Source: Octopus sinensis (Eukaryota). Taken from it: a stretch of DNA of 64,000 nucleotides. The stretch covers positions 76,508,001-76,572,000 of the forward strand of contig NC_042997.1 in the NCBI RefSeq assembly GCF_006345805.1. The letters are read 5' to 3'. The number at the start of each line of letters is the position of its first letter. Position 1 is the stretch's first letter. Shown here in pieces: positions 26,457-38,169 of the stretch. The translations under genes were made by a program, and so were the position numbers. The notes under the pieces are model-generated. The model saw nothing but the letters and a program-made list of their open reading frames with translations. It was not told where the DNA came from and did not search any database.

Positions 26457-29298
26457 CTTAAAGATCCTGCAAATGGACAGAGATTTAGAGACGTACTACT
26501 CGAAGCCTTTGACGAAATAGAAGGGGATATAGCTTCACTTAATGTGGAAGACAACTGGAGATTTCTACGGGACAATCTGCTGACAGCCACTGACCAGATC
26601 TGTGGATGGAGCAAAGTACCATCTCGACCCAGAGTAACATGGTGGTGGAACACTGTGGTTGACAGGGCTATTAGACAAAAGAGACAGGCTTGGAAGGATT
26701 GGAAGAACGGTGGTAGCAGGGAATTGTATCAGACAGCCAGAAGGGAAGCTAGGAGACAGGTTTATTTAGCCAGAGGGGAATCGGATAAGAAAATATTTGC
26801 CAATGTTCTCAGCCGTGAGGATGAAAGACTTGAGGTATTTCGTGTTGCAAGACAGTGTGTGAGAGAGAATCGTGATTGGGTAGGAGAGAAGTGTGTTCGC
26901 ATGGATGATGGTTCGCTTGAGATGGATGCAAAGAGAGAGGTTTGGAGATGCCACTATGAAAGGTTGCTGAATAAAGAAAATGAATGGGATAAAGAGAGTC
27001 TGCCGAATGTTGACCCAACAGAGGGACCAGCTATCCGAGTTGATAGTTCCGTGGTAGCTAAGGCAATTAGAAGCATGAAGACAGGGAAAGCCCCAGGCCC
27101 ATCAGGAATTACTGTAGAGATGCTCAAAATATCTGGCAGTGTCGGCTATAACCTAGTCACCCGTATAGTCAACCAGGTGATACACGAAGGAGTCATACCC
27201 AATGACTGGTGTAGCAGCATACTAGTCAACTGCTACAAAGGTAAAGGTGATGCCCTAGATACAAATAATTACAGAGGTATCAAGCTGTTGGATCAGGTAA
27301 TGAAGGTTACGGAGAGGGTCATAGCCCAACTAATTAGAGAGAGAGTTAGTTTAGATGAGATGCAGTTTGGGTTCATGCCAGGGAAAAGCACCACTGATGC
27401 TATATTCCTGGTAAGGCAGCTGCAGGAGAAATACCTAGCCAAAGATAAGCCCCTGTACCTGGCTTTCGTTGACATGGAGAAAACCTTTGATAGGGTCCCC
27501 CGATCCCTTATCTGTTGGTCAATGAGGAAACTAGGGATAGATGAATGGCTGGTGAGGGCTGTGCAAGCCATGTACAGAGATGCCGTCAGTAAGGTTAGGG
27601 TTGGCAACATGTACACAGAAGAATTCAAAGTAGAGGTAGGGGTTCACCAGGGTTCAGTACTCAGCCCCCTCATATTTATCATAGTCCTCCAGACAATTGT
27701 GGAGGAATTCAAGACGGGTTGCCCCTGGGAGCTCCTCTACGTTGACGACCTTGCTCTAATTGCTAAGTCACTATCAGAACTGGAGGAGAAGTTCCAGGTG
27801 TGGAAGGAGGGTTTAGAATCGAGGGGCCTTAGAGTCAACCTAGCTAAAACCAAAGTACTAATAAGTAGAAAGGTAGACAATCCACAAATGTCTTCTGGAA
27901 GATGGCCCTGCTCGATCTGTAGAAAAGGTGTAGGTAGAAACTCTATAAGATGTACCCAGTGTAAGCTATGGACACATAAAAGGTGCAGCAATGTCAAAGG
28001 TAGGCTAACTGGGAAGATAGTTTTTGTATGTGGCAGATGCTCGGGAGCATTGACCTCCGAAAATCTGCAGAAAACAACTTCCGTCACTTTCCAGGGGGAA
28101 AAACTAGAAGTAGTTGTTAGCTTCCGTCATCTAGGTGACCAAGTCAGTAGTGGGGGTGGGTGCGCTGAAAGTGTAACTGCTAGAATAAGAATAGCCTGGG
28201 CAAAGTTTAGGGAGCTCTTACCTCTGCTGGTGACTAAAGGCCTCTCGCTCAGAGAAAAAGGCAGAGTGTATGATGCATGTGTACGAACTGCCATGCTACA
28301 TGGCAGTGAAATATGGGCCGTGACTGCTGAGGACATGCGTAAGCTCATGAGGAATGAAGCCAGTATGCTCCGATGGATGTGTATTGTCAGTGTACTTACT
28401 CGACAGAGCGTTAGTACCTTGAGAGAAATGTTGTACCTAAGAAGCATCAGTTGTGGTGTGCAAGAGAGACGATTGCGCTGGTATGGTCATGTGGCGAGAA
28501 TGGATGAAGAAAGGTGTGTGAGAAAGTGCCAATCCCTAGCAGTTGAGGGAACCCGTGAAAGAGGTAGACCCAGGAAAACCTGGGACGAGGTGGTGAAGCA
28601 CAACCTTCGAACGTTAGGTGTCACCATGGAAATGACTAGAGACCGAGACCTATGGAAGTATGCTGTGCGTGAGAAGACCCGGCAAGTCTAGTGAAGCCAT
28701 AACCCGTGGCTCCTACCTGGGACGTAGTCAGTCCACCTGTGCATACCTTCCTTCTTGTGACACTTGTGAAGACCTGTTGAGGCAAGTGAAAATCAAATCA
28801 AATCAAACCAAATCAAAATAGATGAACATCAATGGAATTTGTATCCTTGTGGTACCAGTGCCGGTGGCACATAAGAAAACCATCCGAATGTGGCCGTAGC
28901 CAGTACCGCATCGACTGGCCTCTATGCTGTGGGCACGTAACAAACACCATCCGATCGTGGCCGTTCGCCAGCCACATCTGGCACCTGTGTCGGTGGCACA
29001 TAAAAAACACCATCCGAGTGTGGCCGTCTGCTAGCCTCGTCTGGCACCTGTGTCGGTGGCACATAAAAAACACCATCCGAGTGTGGCCGTCTGCCAGCCT
29101 CGTCTGGCACCTGTGTCGGTGGCACATAAAATCGCCCACTACACTCTCGGAGTGGTTGGCGTTAGGAAGGGCATCGAGCTGTAAAAACACTGCCAGATCT
29201 GACTGGCCTGGTGCAGCCTTCGGGCTCGCCAGACCCCAGTTGAACCGTCCAACCCATGCTAGCATGGAAAGCAGACATTAAACGATGATGATGATGAT
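26457..29298 (+). mobile_element. Young 5'-truncated RTE LINE with uninterrupted RT ORF and complete 3' UTR
   Basis: No stop from ~26457 to 28691: NYRGIKLL, QFGFMPGKST, DMEKTFD, VHQGSVLSP, YVDD, RLRWYGHV. 3' UTR has (CAAAT)n, 63-bp repeats and a (GAT)n tail; (TA)n on both sides. Confidence 0.96.
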
Positions 29299-29599
29299 AT
29301 ATATATATATATATATATATATGAAAATCCGAAATATACATAAGTGAAAAATAAAATAATACTTCAATAATTAAATACTTTAAAATTAAATAAAATACAC
29401 AAAGCTAGTACAAGTCATTAAATTGTAATCAAAATAAGAAATGTTTCAAATATAGACAAACTCCTTAAATAAGCTAACCATATAATAAATATACATGTGT
29501 AGTATCTATAGATTTAATATAAGAATCTATAACAAAATTGACTAAATATCAAATAATATAATACCTAATTAACTTAAATTTAGTATTAATAATTTCTTA

Positions 29600-29895
29600 A
29601 ATATATTTCTTAAATATAGCCGCAAAACACGTGTCGTTTTTCTATCTATTATATACGTTTTTATTATTTTTGCAATTTACTTAATCTTTACATTTTATTG
29701 TTATTTTAATTTTAACTTTTCTATTATATGTAATTTTCTAGATGGTGTAATGTAATTGTTCATTTTGAATTGATAAAAGGTGGGGTTTTTTTCTAATTTT
29801 TAATATATTATATTGTGTGAAATTTGATTTAGTATTTCTAAATTGAATTTTTTTTTCCTTGTAAGTTTGGATTTTATTCCCTCAAATAATAAATA
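29600..29895 (+). mobile_element. PLE pLTR remnant, inverted relative to 26100-26300
   Basis: About 200 bp is the near reverse complement of 26104-26307; holds a mutated hammerhead 3' half (gcAAAAC acgt GTC gtt). Confidence 0.75.
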
Positions 29896-29897
29896 TA

Positions 29898-29949
<52 letters not shown>

Positions 29950-30052
29950 GGAGTAAACACATAAATGTGAAACAAGGTGGAAAAAAAGAGTACTCAAATA
30001 CCAATGGTAGAGTAATATGCTTTATTTAAAGCAGCAGAAAATTCAACAAAAT

Positions 30053-30090
30053 CTGTTACTCTGAGTTTCTCGTTGCCGTTCATCAGACAG
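30053..30090 (-). ncRNA. Minimal type I hammerhead ribozyme motif (different family)
   Basis: Minus strand: CUGU CUGAUGA ACG-GCAA-CGA GAAAC UCAGA GUA|ACAG. Core intact and stem I 4 bp, but the stem II closing pair is A-A. Confidence 0.7.
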
Positions 30091-30451
30091 TTTTTGCTAG
30101 AATGGAACCGATATATCAATTCAATCCAGACTCTTACAAACGCTACACCTTTAAAAAAATGGACTTGTTTGATTGGCCCTTTAGAAATAACGGTCAATCT
30201 TTGAGTGATAAATAAAAAAAATGAGCTCAAAAATAAATGTATATATATATATAAAAAAATTATAAAAATTATAAAATTCGAGGAAACCTTACATTGAATA
30301 AAATACTTATTGACGTTAATGAAGGAAATATAATTAATGCATGGAAATTAAAACGCATTTTAAATATTACACTGCAATACATATTCATATTAAAGTGTAC
30401 ATATATATATTAACATACACAGAAGGATGCGTGCAAACGCCGTACATATAC

Positions 30452-30489
<38 letters not shown>

Positions 30490-30526
30490 TTATGTATATA
30501 TATGTGTATATATATATATATGTATA

Positions 30527-30558
<32 letters not shown>

Positions 30559-30566
30559 AATATATG

Positions 30567-30598
<32 letters not shown>

Positions 30599-30606
30599 AA
30601 TATATG

Positions 30607-30638
<32 letters not shown>

Positions 30639-30695
30639 AATATATGTATATATATATATGTATATATATATGTGTATATATATATATATGTGTAT

Positions 30696-32122
30696 AATCG
30701 AGGGGCCTTAGAGTCAACCTAGCTAAAACCAAAGTACTAATAAGTAGAAAGTTAGAAAATCCTCAAATATCCTCAGGAAGATGGCCCTGCTCGATCTGTA
30801 GAAAAGGTGTAGGTAGAAACTCTATAAGATGTACCCAGTGTAAGCTATGGACACATAAGAGGTGCAGCAATGTCAAAGGTAGGCTAACTGGGAAGATAGT
30901 TTTTGTATGTGGCAGATGCTCTGGAGCATTGACCTCCGAAAATCTGCAGAAAACAACTTCCGTCACTTTCCGGGGGGAAAAACTAGAAGTAGTTGATAGC
31001 TTCCGCTATCTAGGTGACCAAGTCAGTAGTGGGGGCGGGTGCGCTGAAAGTGTAACTGCGAGAATAAGAATAGCCTGGGCAAAGTTTAGGGAGCTCTTAC
31101 CTCTGCTGGTGACTAAAGGCCTCTCGCTCAGAGTAAAAGGCAGACTGTATGATGCATGTGTACGAACAGCTATGCTACATGGCAGTGAAACATGGGCCGT
31201 GACTGCTGAGGACATGCGTAAGCTCGTGAGGAACGAAGCCAGTATGCTCCGATGGATGTGTAATGTCAGTGTACTTGACAGAGCGTTAGTACCTTGAGAG
31301 AAATGTTGTACCTAAGAAGCATCAGTTGTGTGCAAGAGAGACGATTGCGCTGGTATGGTCATGTGGCGAGAATGGATGAAGATAGGTGTGTGAGAAAGTG
31401 CCAATCCCTAGCAGTTGAGGGAGCCCGTGGAAGAGGTAGACCCAGGAAAACCTGGGACGAAGTGGTGAAGCACGACCTTCGGACGTTAGGTCTCACCATG
31501 GAAATGACTAGAGACCGAGACCTATGGAAGTATGCTGTGCGTGAGAAGACCCGGCAAGACTAGTGAAGCCATAATCCGTGGCTCCTACCTGGGACGTAGT
31601 CAGTCCACATGTGCATACCTTCCTTCTTGTGACACTTGTGAAGACCTGTTGAGGCAAGTGAGAATCGAATCGAATCAAATCAAATCAAATCGAACCAAAT
31701 CAAAATAGATGAACATCAATGGAATTTGTATCCTTGTGGTACCAGTGCCGGTGGCACATAAGAAAACCATCCAAACGTGATCGTAGCCAGTACCGCAACG
31801 ACTGGCCTCCGTGCTGAGGGCACGTAACAAACACCATCCGAGCGTGGCCGTCCGCCAGCCCCGTCTGGCACCTGTGTCGGTGGCACATAAAAAACACCAT
31901 CCGAGCGTGGCCGTCTGCCAGCCTCGTCTGGCACCTGTGTCGGTGGCACATAAAATCACCCACTACACTCTCGGAGTGGTTGGCGTTAGGAAGGGCATCC
32001 AGCTGTAGAAACACTGCCAGATCTGACTGGCCTGGTGCAGCCTTCGGGCTTGCCAGACCCCAGTTGAACCGTCCAACCCATGCTAGCATGGAAAGCGGAC
32101 GTTAAACGATGATGATGATGAT
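30696..32122 (+). mobile_element. 5'-truncated RTE LINE, close relative of 26457-29298
   Basis: Near-identical to 27817-29298 with small indels; (GAT)n tail; long (TA)n/(TATG) tracts on both flanks. Confidence 0.95.
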
Positions 32123-32127
32123 ATATG

Positions 32128-32158
<31 letters not shown>

Positions 32159-32395
32159 GTATATATATATATGTATATATATATATATGTATATATATGT
32201 ATATATATATATGTATATATATATATATGTATATATATATATGTATATATATATATGTATATATATATGTATATATATATATGTGTGTGTATATATGTAT
32301 ATATATTATATATATATATAATATATATATATGTGTATATATATCTATATATATTATATATATATATAATATATATATATGTGTATATATATCTA

Positions 32396-32461
<66 letters not shown>

Positions 32462-32698
32462 TATTTATTTTTTACATTAATCTTAATCTTATTTCGGCCA
32501 GAGTTCTTTCGTCACACTCCTGTGATCGCAACAGTGGTCCTTTGTTTTCTTCTTTCTTATTTGTGTCTCTCCTTACTAACCGTCAGCCATTTTGTATTTT
32601 TATTGGCTAAACTGGCAAAATGACCTTTCCAAAATATAACAATATCTGTTTTAACACACAACTTCACTTAAAAAATCTTGCACAACAAATATATAAAC

Positions 32699-32741
<43 letters not shown>

Positions 32742-32757
32742 ATATTTATATATATTT

Positions 32758-32919
32758 GTGAATTGAAGAAATGGAGCTGAACGCAGATTGAACAGAAATC
32801 GTTTTATTTCATTCTACACGTGTTTCGAAAGGCATATAAATAAAATGAAATAAACACGTGTAGAATGAAATAAAACGATTTCTGTTCAATCTGCGTTCAG
32901 CTCCATTTCTTCAATTCAC
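32758..32919. repeat. Perfect 68-bp inverted repeat with 26-nt loop
   Basis: 32758-32825 is the exact reverse complement of 32852-32919. Confidence 0.92.
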
Positions 32920-33218
32920 CAATAATGTTTTAATTTCAATTATCCGCACCAACGCACGGTTGCAACGCCAGATGGTTGTACCTCCAACCGTGCTGTTTAC
33001 TGCTGTGATTTTTGCTACTAAGGTATCGGTTAACTTTTGATTAATCTACAACAAGATTATTCATCTTTCTATTTCACATAATATATTTATATATATGTAT
33101 ATATATGTATGTATGTATATATATGTATGTATGTGGCCTGGACCAATCTTTGGTCGAAACATATCTAAGTTTTATCTAAGTTTATGTATGTATGTATGTA
33201 TGTATGTGTATATATATG

Positions 33219-33249
<31 letters not shown>

Positions 33250-33279
33250 TTATATATGTATGTATATATATATATATAA

Positions 33280-33860
33280 GGGAAATAGAGAGTTTGAACA
33301 CAGAAAAAAATCAATTTATTATATAATAGTCAATATCATATTGCCTATGTCCGTTTCAATTTCTTACCTTCATTTGTATTTTACAATGAAGATTGCATTA
33401 TGCATTTAAAAGGTAAAAATCTCTTCAGGGCAAGAAATTGATAAAAAGTCGTTCACATCCTGATGGATGGTGGTTGCTTTCCGACTGAAATAGCAATAGG
33501 CATTTGTGTGTGTGTGTGTGTGTGAGCATGCGTGTCTTTTGGATTCCTTGCTAAAAATAGCTTGTGGTTAAATTACAACCACATTGGACAATGGAATTTA
33601 GATCGGTTTTATAAAGGTTGGCTACTACTCCTTTCTGTACTCACTTGTGAAAAGAATAAAAATAATATATATATATATATTCACAAGAATCCAAATCAAT
33701 TTTTTGCCCTGAAGAGATTTTAACCTTTTGAATGCATAATGCAATCTTAATTGCAAAATATGAATGAAGGTAAGAAATTGAAATGTATGTAGACAATATG
33801 AAATTGACTATTATATAAATAAATTGATTTTTGCTGTGTTCAAACTCTCCATTTTCTTTA
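33280..33860. repeat. Diverged ~170-bp inverted repeat pair (possible foldback/MITE)
   Basis: 33280-33452 is approximately the reverse complement of 33695-33860. Confidence 0.75.
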
Positions 33861-34693
33861 TATTGTATCATTAAAATTCTCTTCTCCTATATTGAATGGA
33901 TGAAAACATCTATAATGACAACTGGAACTTCATAAATGTTAACACTAATTAATGAATTCCAAGTATATTAATCAATATGGAACTAAGCCAGTGTATGCTT
34001 GGATAAAATACATTCCTGTGAAAGTGCAATCTCTTTCCATTCGAAAGTTACATATATATATATATTTAATCATATCAAAGGGAAATGGAAATTAATTAAA
34101 ATTTACATTTCCAGTGGTCTAACGTGTAAAAATTTAGTCCAAAAGACTATGTATTAGTCATAAGATACAGTGTACATTTAAACACATGAGGAATCCACTC
34201 ATAGGATTCAACACATTAGAAAGAACTGCTAGGTTCTATAACCACAAAATTAGGGATAAAATTCGACAGGAACGAAATGAAAAATAAAAACATTTTACCA
34301 TCTAGTTTCCTGGACCAATTGGTTTCTGATTTTAGTTTAGGGAGTAAATGAATAACATATACACTCGCCAGGTGAAATCGTCTTCAGCAGGAACACCTAG
34401 GGTTAAACATATACACATGAGGCGATCAAACTACGTGCCCCTTGTTTATACATCCTAACTTTTTCAAAATCTACTGCGCAGCCGCAGTCCTTTGCCAGCA
34501 ATAAAAAAATGCCAACTTTTAAAAACTGAAAATTATCCAAAAACTTTGAATATTTAATCATATCAAAGGGAAATGGAAATTAATTAAAATTTACATTTCC
34601 TAATTTTGTGGTTATAGAACCTAGCTGTTCTTTCTAGCATGTTGAATCCTATGAGTGGATTCCTCATGTGTTTAAATGTACACTATATCTTAT

Positions 34694-34762
<69 letters not shown>

Positions 34763-34769
34763 CATATAT

Positions 34770-35440
34770 CAGGTCATCCTTTGATTTCTGTACAAATTTT
34801 GAATAAAGAAAACTAGTGATCAAATGTTATATTTGATTGAAATTTAATCATCAATATACTTTCCTTGATTATCTATGACTTCCTTCCATCTATTTACAAG
34901 CTTTTTAATCCCATCAATGTAAAACGCTTTTGGTTCAAAGCGAAGAACTCTGAAATGTCACTTTCAACTTCCTCCTGGCTTGCAAAAGTTATGTCCCCCA
35001 AATGATTCTGTAAACTACAAAATAAATGGTAGTCTGAAGATGCAAGGTTGGGAGAATAAGGTGGATGAGGAATTTTTTCCCAATCAAGCTCTTTGATCTT
35101 CTGTGATATGATCTTTGCAGAGTGGGGTCATGCATTGTCCTGATGAAACACCACTCCTTTTTGATTCACTGAAGTGGGGCTTTTTTTCTTCAAAGCTTGG
35201 TTCAAACTCACTAATTGCTTGAGTAGACTTGAGCATTGATTGTTGCATTAGGTGGTAACAATTCAAAGTGAATTATTCCTTTGCAATCCCAGCAGATAAA
35301 GAGAAGAATCTTTTTCCCATGAAGTTCCCTTCTCGGTTGTGGTTGAACTTTTTCCCTTTTGCCAAGCCACTGTTTATGACGTTTAACATTTCCATAGAAG
35401 ATCCATTTTTCGCCACCAGCCACAAGTGTATCCAAAAAGG
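34770..35440 (-). mobile_element. mariner (DD34D-type) transposase 3' fragment
   Basis: GEKWIFY, KKILLFICWD, FHQDNA.PH and HPPYSPNLASSDYHLF motifs; TA precedes the putative TIR at 34770. Confidence 0.85.
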
Positions 35441-35959
35441 GTGAAATGAGTTTGCCTGCAAGAGTGGTGTGCCAGTGCCACCTAAAGAGTACTCATGCTG
35501 GTGCCACATAAAAGTACTTATGTAGTACCACGTAAAAGCACCCAGCACATACTGTAAAGTGGTTGGCACATGGAAGGGCTGTAGAAACCATATCAAATCA
35601 GACTGGAGCTTGGTGCAGCTCTCTGGCTTGCTAGCTTTGGTCAAATTGCCCAACCTATGGGAAACTGTCCAACCCATGGAAAACAGACATTAAAAGTTGA
35701 GATGATGATGATGATCCACTGAGGTCACTGGCTACAATAATAAGGTCACTGTCATTTGCTGTTAAGTTAGTCTGCAGATGGTTCTCATAGAAGTGTTCCT
35801 TCTATTCATCTGTTAACCTTACCTGTGGGCTATATATAGAGAGAAATGTTGCTGTTGAGTTGCCTATGTTTAGTTTAAATTATCCTATCACACTTTGACT
35901 GTCTCAGTTACTGAATCTGTTTCTAAGCTAAGAATAGTGCAAAGCTGCTTTTGAATGTA

Positions 35960-36745
35960 TATATCAGCTATTATTGTTTGACTATCATCTAGCAGCTCCT
36001 GATGAATTATTCCATGCATATCTCCCCACACACTCAGAAGAATCTTCCTTCGATGCCGGCCACTTCTGGCTGCTAAGCTGGTTCTCCTTCACAACTGAGC
36101 CACCGACATTTTTACTTAACATTATGGTAAAGTATCTGTTTTTCATCCCTAATATTAACTCTATTCAAAAGTTGCAGCTCATGAGATTGCAATTGTGCAT
36201 GGCAGTCAGCATGTTGTATGTGATTGTCTGTAGAGAGATCATGTGGGACCCATTTTCTAATTTTTGACACTTTACCAAGCCTTTTCAATTTGCAAAGAAT
36301 GGTGGTATGGCCCACATTGAAACCTGTACTCAGTTCCCAAACTATAGCAGTTGGGTTTGCTTCTACAGGATCCAACCTTCTTGAGTGCCCTTCTCTTGAT
36401 TCATCCTGTAGGCTGTAGTTCCCATTTCTGAATCATGAAAACCATCATCTGCTTGTTTTTTGAGTCACTATGCCATCACCATAAGAGTTTTGGAGTACTT
36501 TTATTACAACACTTGCACTATTCCCTTTTTGAAATTTATAAAGAATAACATGACGAATTTCTTCTTTGCTTGGAGCAAACATGGACTCAATACAATAGCT
36601 TCAGTTATGATAAAATCAATAAAATCTGGAAGAAAATGATATATACTAATGAGTTTGTTTTATTTCAAATAGAAATGAGAAGTTAAACACCTTTAAATCT
36701 AACTAGATATTTACTTAAAAAAAAATGAACGAAGCTTTTCATAAA
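35960..36745 (-). mobile_element. mariner transposase 5' fragment (separate, degraded)
   Basis: KIRKWVPHDLS...RDEKQILYHNVK motifs. Confidence 0.75.
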
Positions 36746-36750
36746 AATAG

Positions 36751-36914
36751 TCTGTTTTTGTAAAGAAGGATATGTAGGACCAACATGTGATCCGCATCGT
36801 TGTTTCTCCAACTACACTAAAATAAAAGGGCAACCTGAATGCCGTAATGTATTTATTTTGCATTATGAACAAAAAATGTTGTCATTTTGATGTTTTATGT
36901 GTTTTATGTGTTAC
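36751..36914 (+). pseudogene. Partial duplicate of the MEGF8 EGF exon 3' half plus adjoining intron
   Basis: Aligns with ~37594-37749; reads CFCKEGYVGPTCDPHRCFSNYTKIKGQPECRN. Confidence 0.88.
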
Positions 36915-37220
36915 CTGATAGAACTGGCAACATTATTGATAACAAAATAGATTATAGCATCTCCTTTCAGCCAGTCCACACTTGATTAAACATTAGATAT
37001 TTTCGGTGACTGATCATGACTCACTTTAAATATGACTTGCTTAATTATTAACCAAAATATTGTCTGCATGATTAAAAACTAACATAGCTACTGGGCTACA
37101 TACCTTTATTAACAATAATGTCTTTAGACATTATTGTTAATACACATTTTTATATATTCTAGATTTCTCAATAACTGAATAGGTACCAAAGGTCATTTTG
37201 CAAAGTCAGTTCATATTTAA

Positions 37221-37430
37221 CCCTTTAGCATTCAGGTTACTCTGTCAAATGTAATATTTATTCATCTAAATCATTTTCAACTAATCTTGTAGCTTCGAGA
37301 TTTTAATGATGTGATTGTTTATTTTTTGAATGACATTGAAGGACAAGTGTGGAAGGCTGAAACTGGCCATTTTGAACATAAAACAGAGAGAATATTTTGG
37401 CTGGATATGGCTGCTTTAAATACTAAAGGG
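37221..37430. mobile_element. piggyBac-type MITE
   Basis: TTAA on both flanks; 12-bp TIR CCCTTTAG(C/T)ATT. Confidence 0.85.
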
Positions 37431-37505
37431 TTAATATAAAAGAAATTTTTTTTAGGATGATGATAAACATAAACTGTAGTACTAACTCTAATTTTTATAT
37501 TCCAG

Positions 37506-37690
37506 ATCCCATTCGCCAAGGATTTAATGCACATTATGTAGTTAATTGGTGTCCTTCTCACTGCAAAGGAAATCGTGAATGTAAAAACAATCAGTGTATT
37601 TGTAAAGAAGGATATGTAGGACCAACATGTGATCAGCATCTTTGTTTCTCCAATTGCACTGAAATAAAAGGGGGACCTGAATGTTGTAAT
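37506..37690 (+). CDS. MEGF8: MEGF8 internal exon (end of CUB, EGF-like repeats)
   Basis: Boundaries tccAG|...AAT|GTAAGT. Translates (D)PIRQGFNAHYVVNWCPSHCKGNRECKNNQCICKEGYVGPTCDQHLCFSNCTEIKGGPECCN. Starts phase 1, ends phase 0. Confidence 0.9.
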
Positions 37691-38169
37691 GTAAGTATCT
37701 ATTTTGCATTATGAACAAAATCTTGCCATTTTGATGTTTTATGTGTTACATTTCAGTCAAAAATGCAATTAACAATTTTGTATTTAAAATCAGTAATTAT
37801 TCAGTCTATGCCTATATATATAAACATATTTGAATTGGCCAATGCATGGGTGGTACCACGCACAATGAGAAACATAACATACTAAATTTTACCTTTAGTA
37901 GTAATTATATATGATAAAAGTAGTAATGTTTTTTAAATTAAATTAGAGATAGGTTTGAACAAGAACAATTAACTTTAAATGTTATATTTCTGTCTTGAAT
38001 AGTATTTTTAGGCAGGCAGTCTTACTTGTTTTGTTTATATATTGTGATCTACATTATATTTTATATAGTTAAATAATTATACACAGTTGTTAAAAATTTA
38101 GAATGAGTAGAAAAAGAAAGTGCTGTCAATACTTGAGTGAATATTTGAAATATAGATTTATTCAATCTA

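Noticed and set aside
28860-29135. Regularly spaced repeats as a possible CRISPR array
   Set aside because: The units are contiguous with no unique spacers, the context is eukaryotic, and no cas genes are present.
28813-29281. ORFs with repeated CHRHRC/WHLCRWH motifs (also 31675-32089 and 11824-12247) suggesting a metal-binding protein
   Set aside because: They are translations of the 63-bp tandem repeat in the RTE 3' UTR, open in several frames on both strands.
30696-32122. Segmental or assembly duplication of 27817-29298
   Set aside because: The copies differ by many substitutions, indels and repeat-unit number, have their own 5' truncation points and different flanks, which fits independent retrotransposition.
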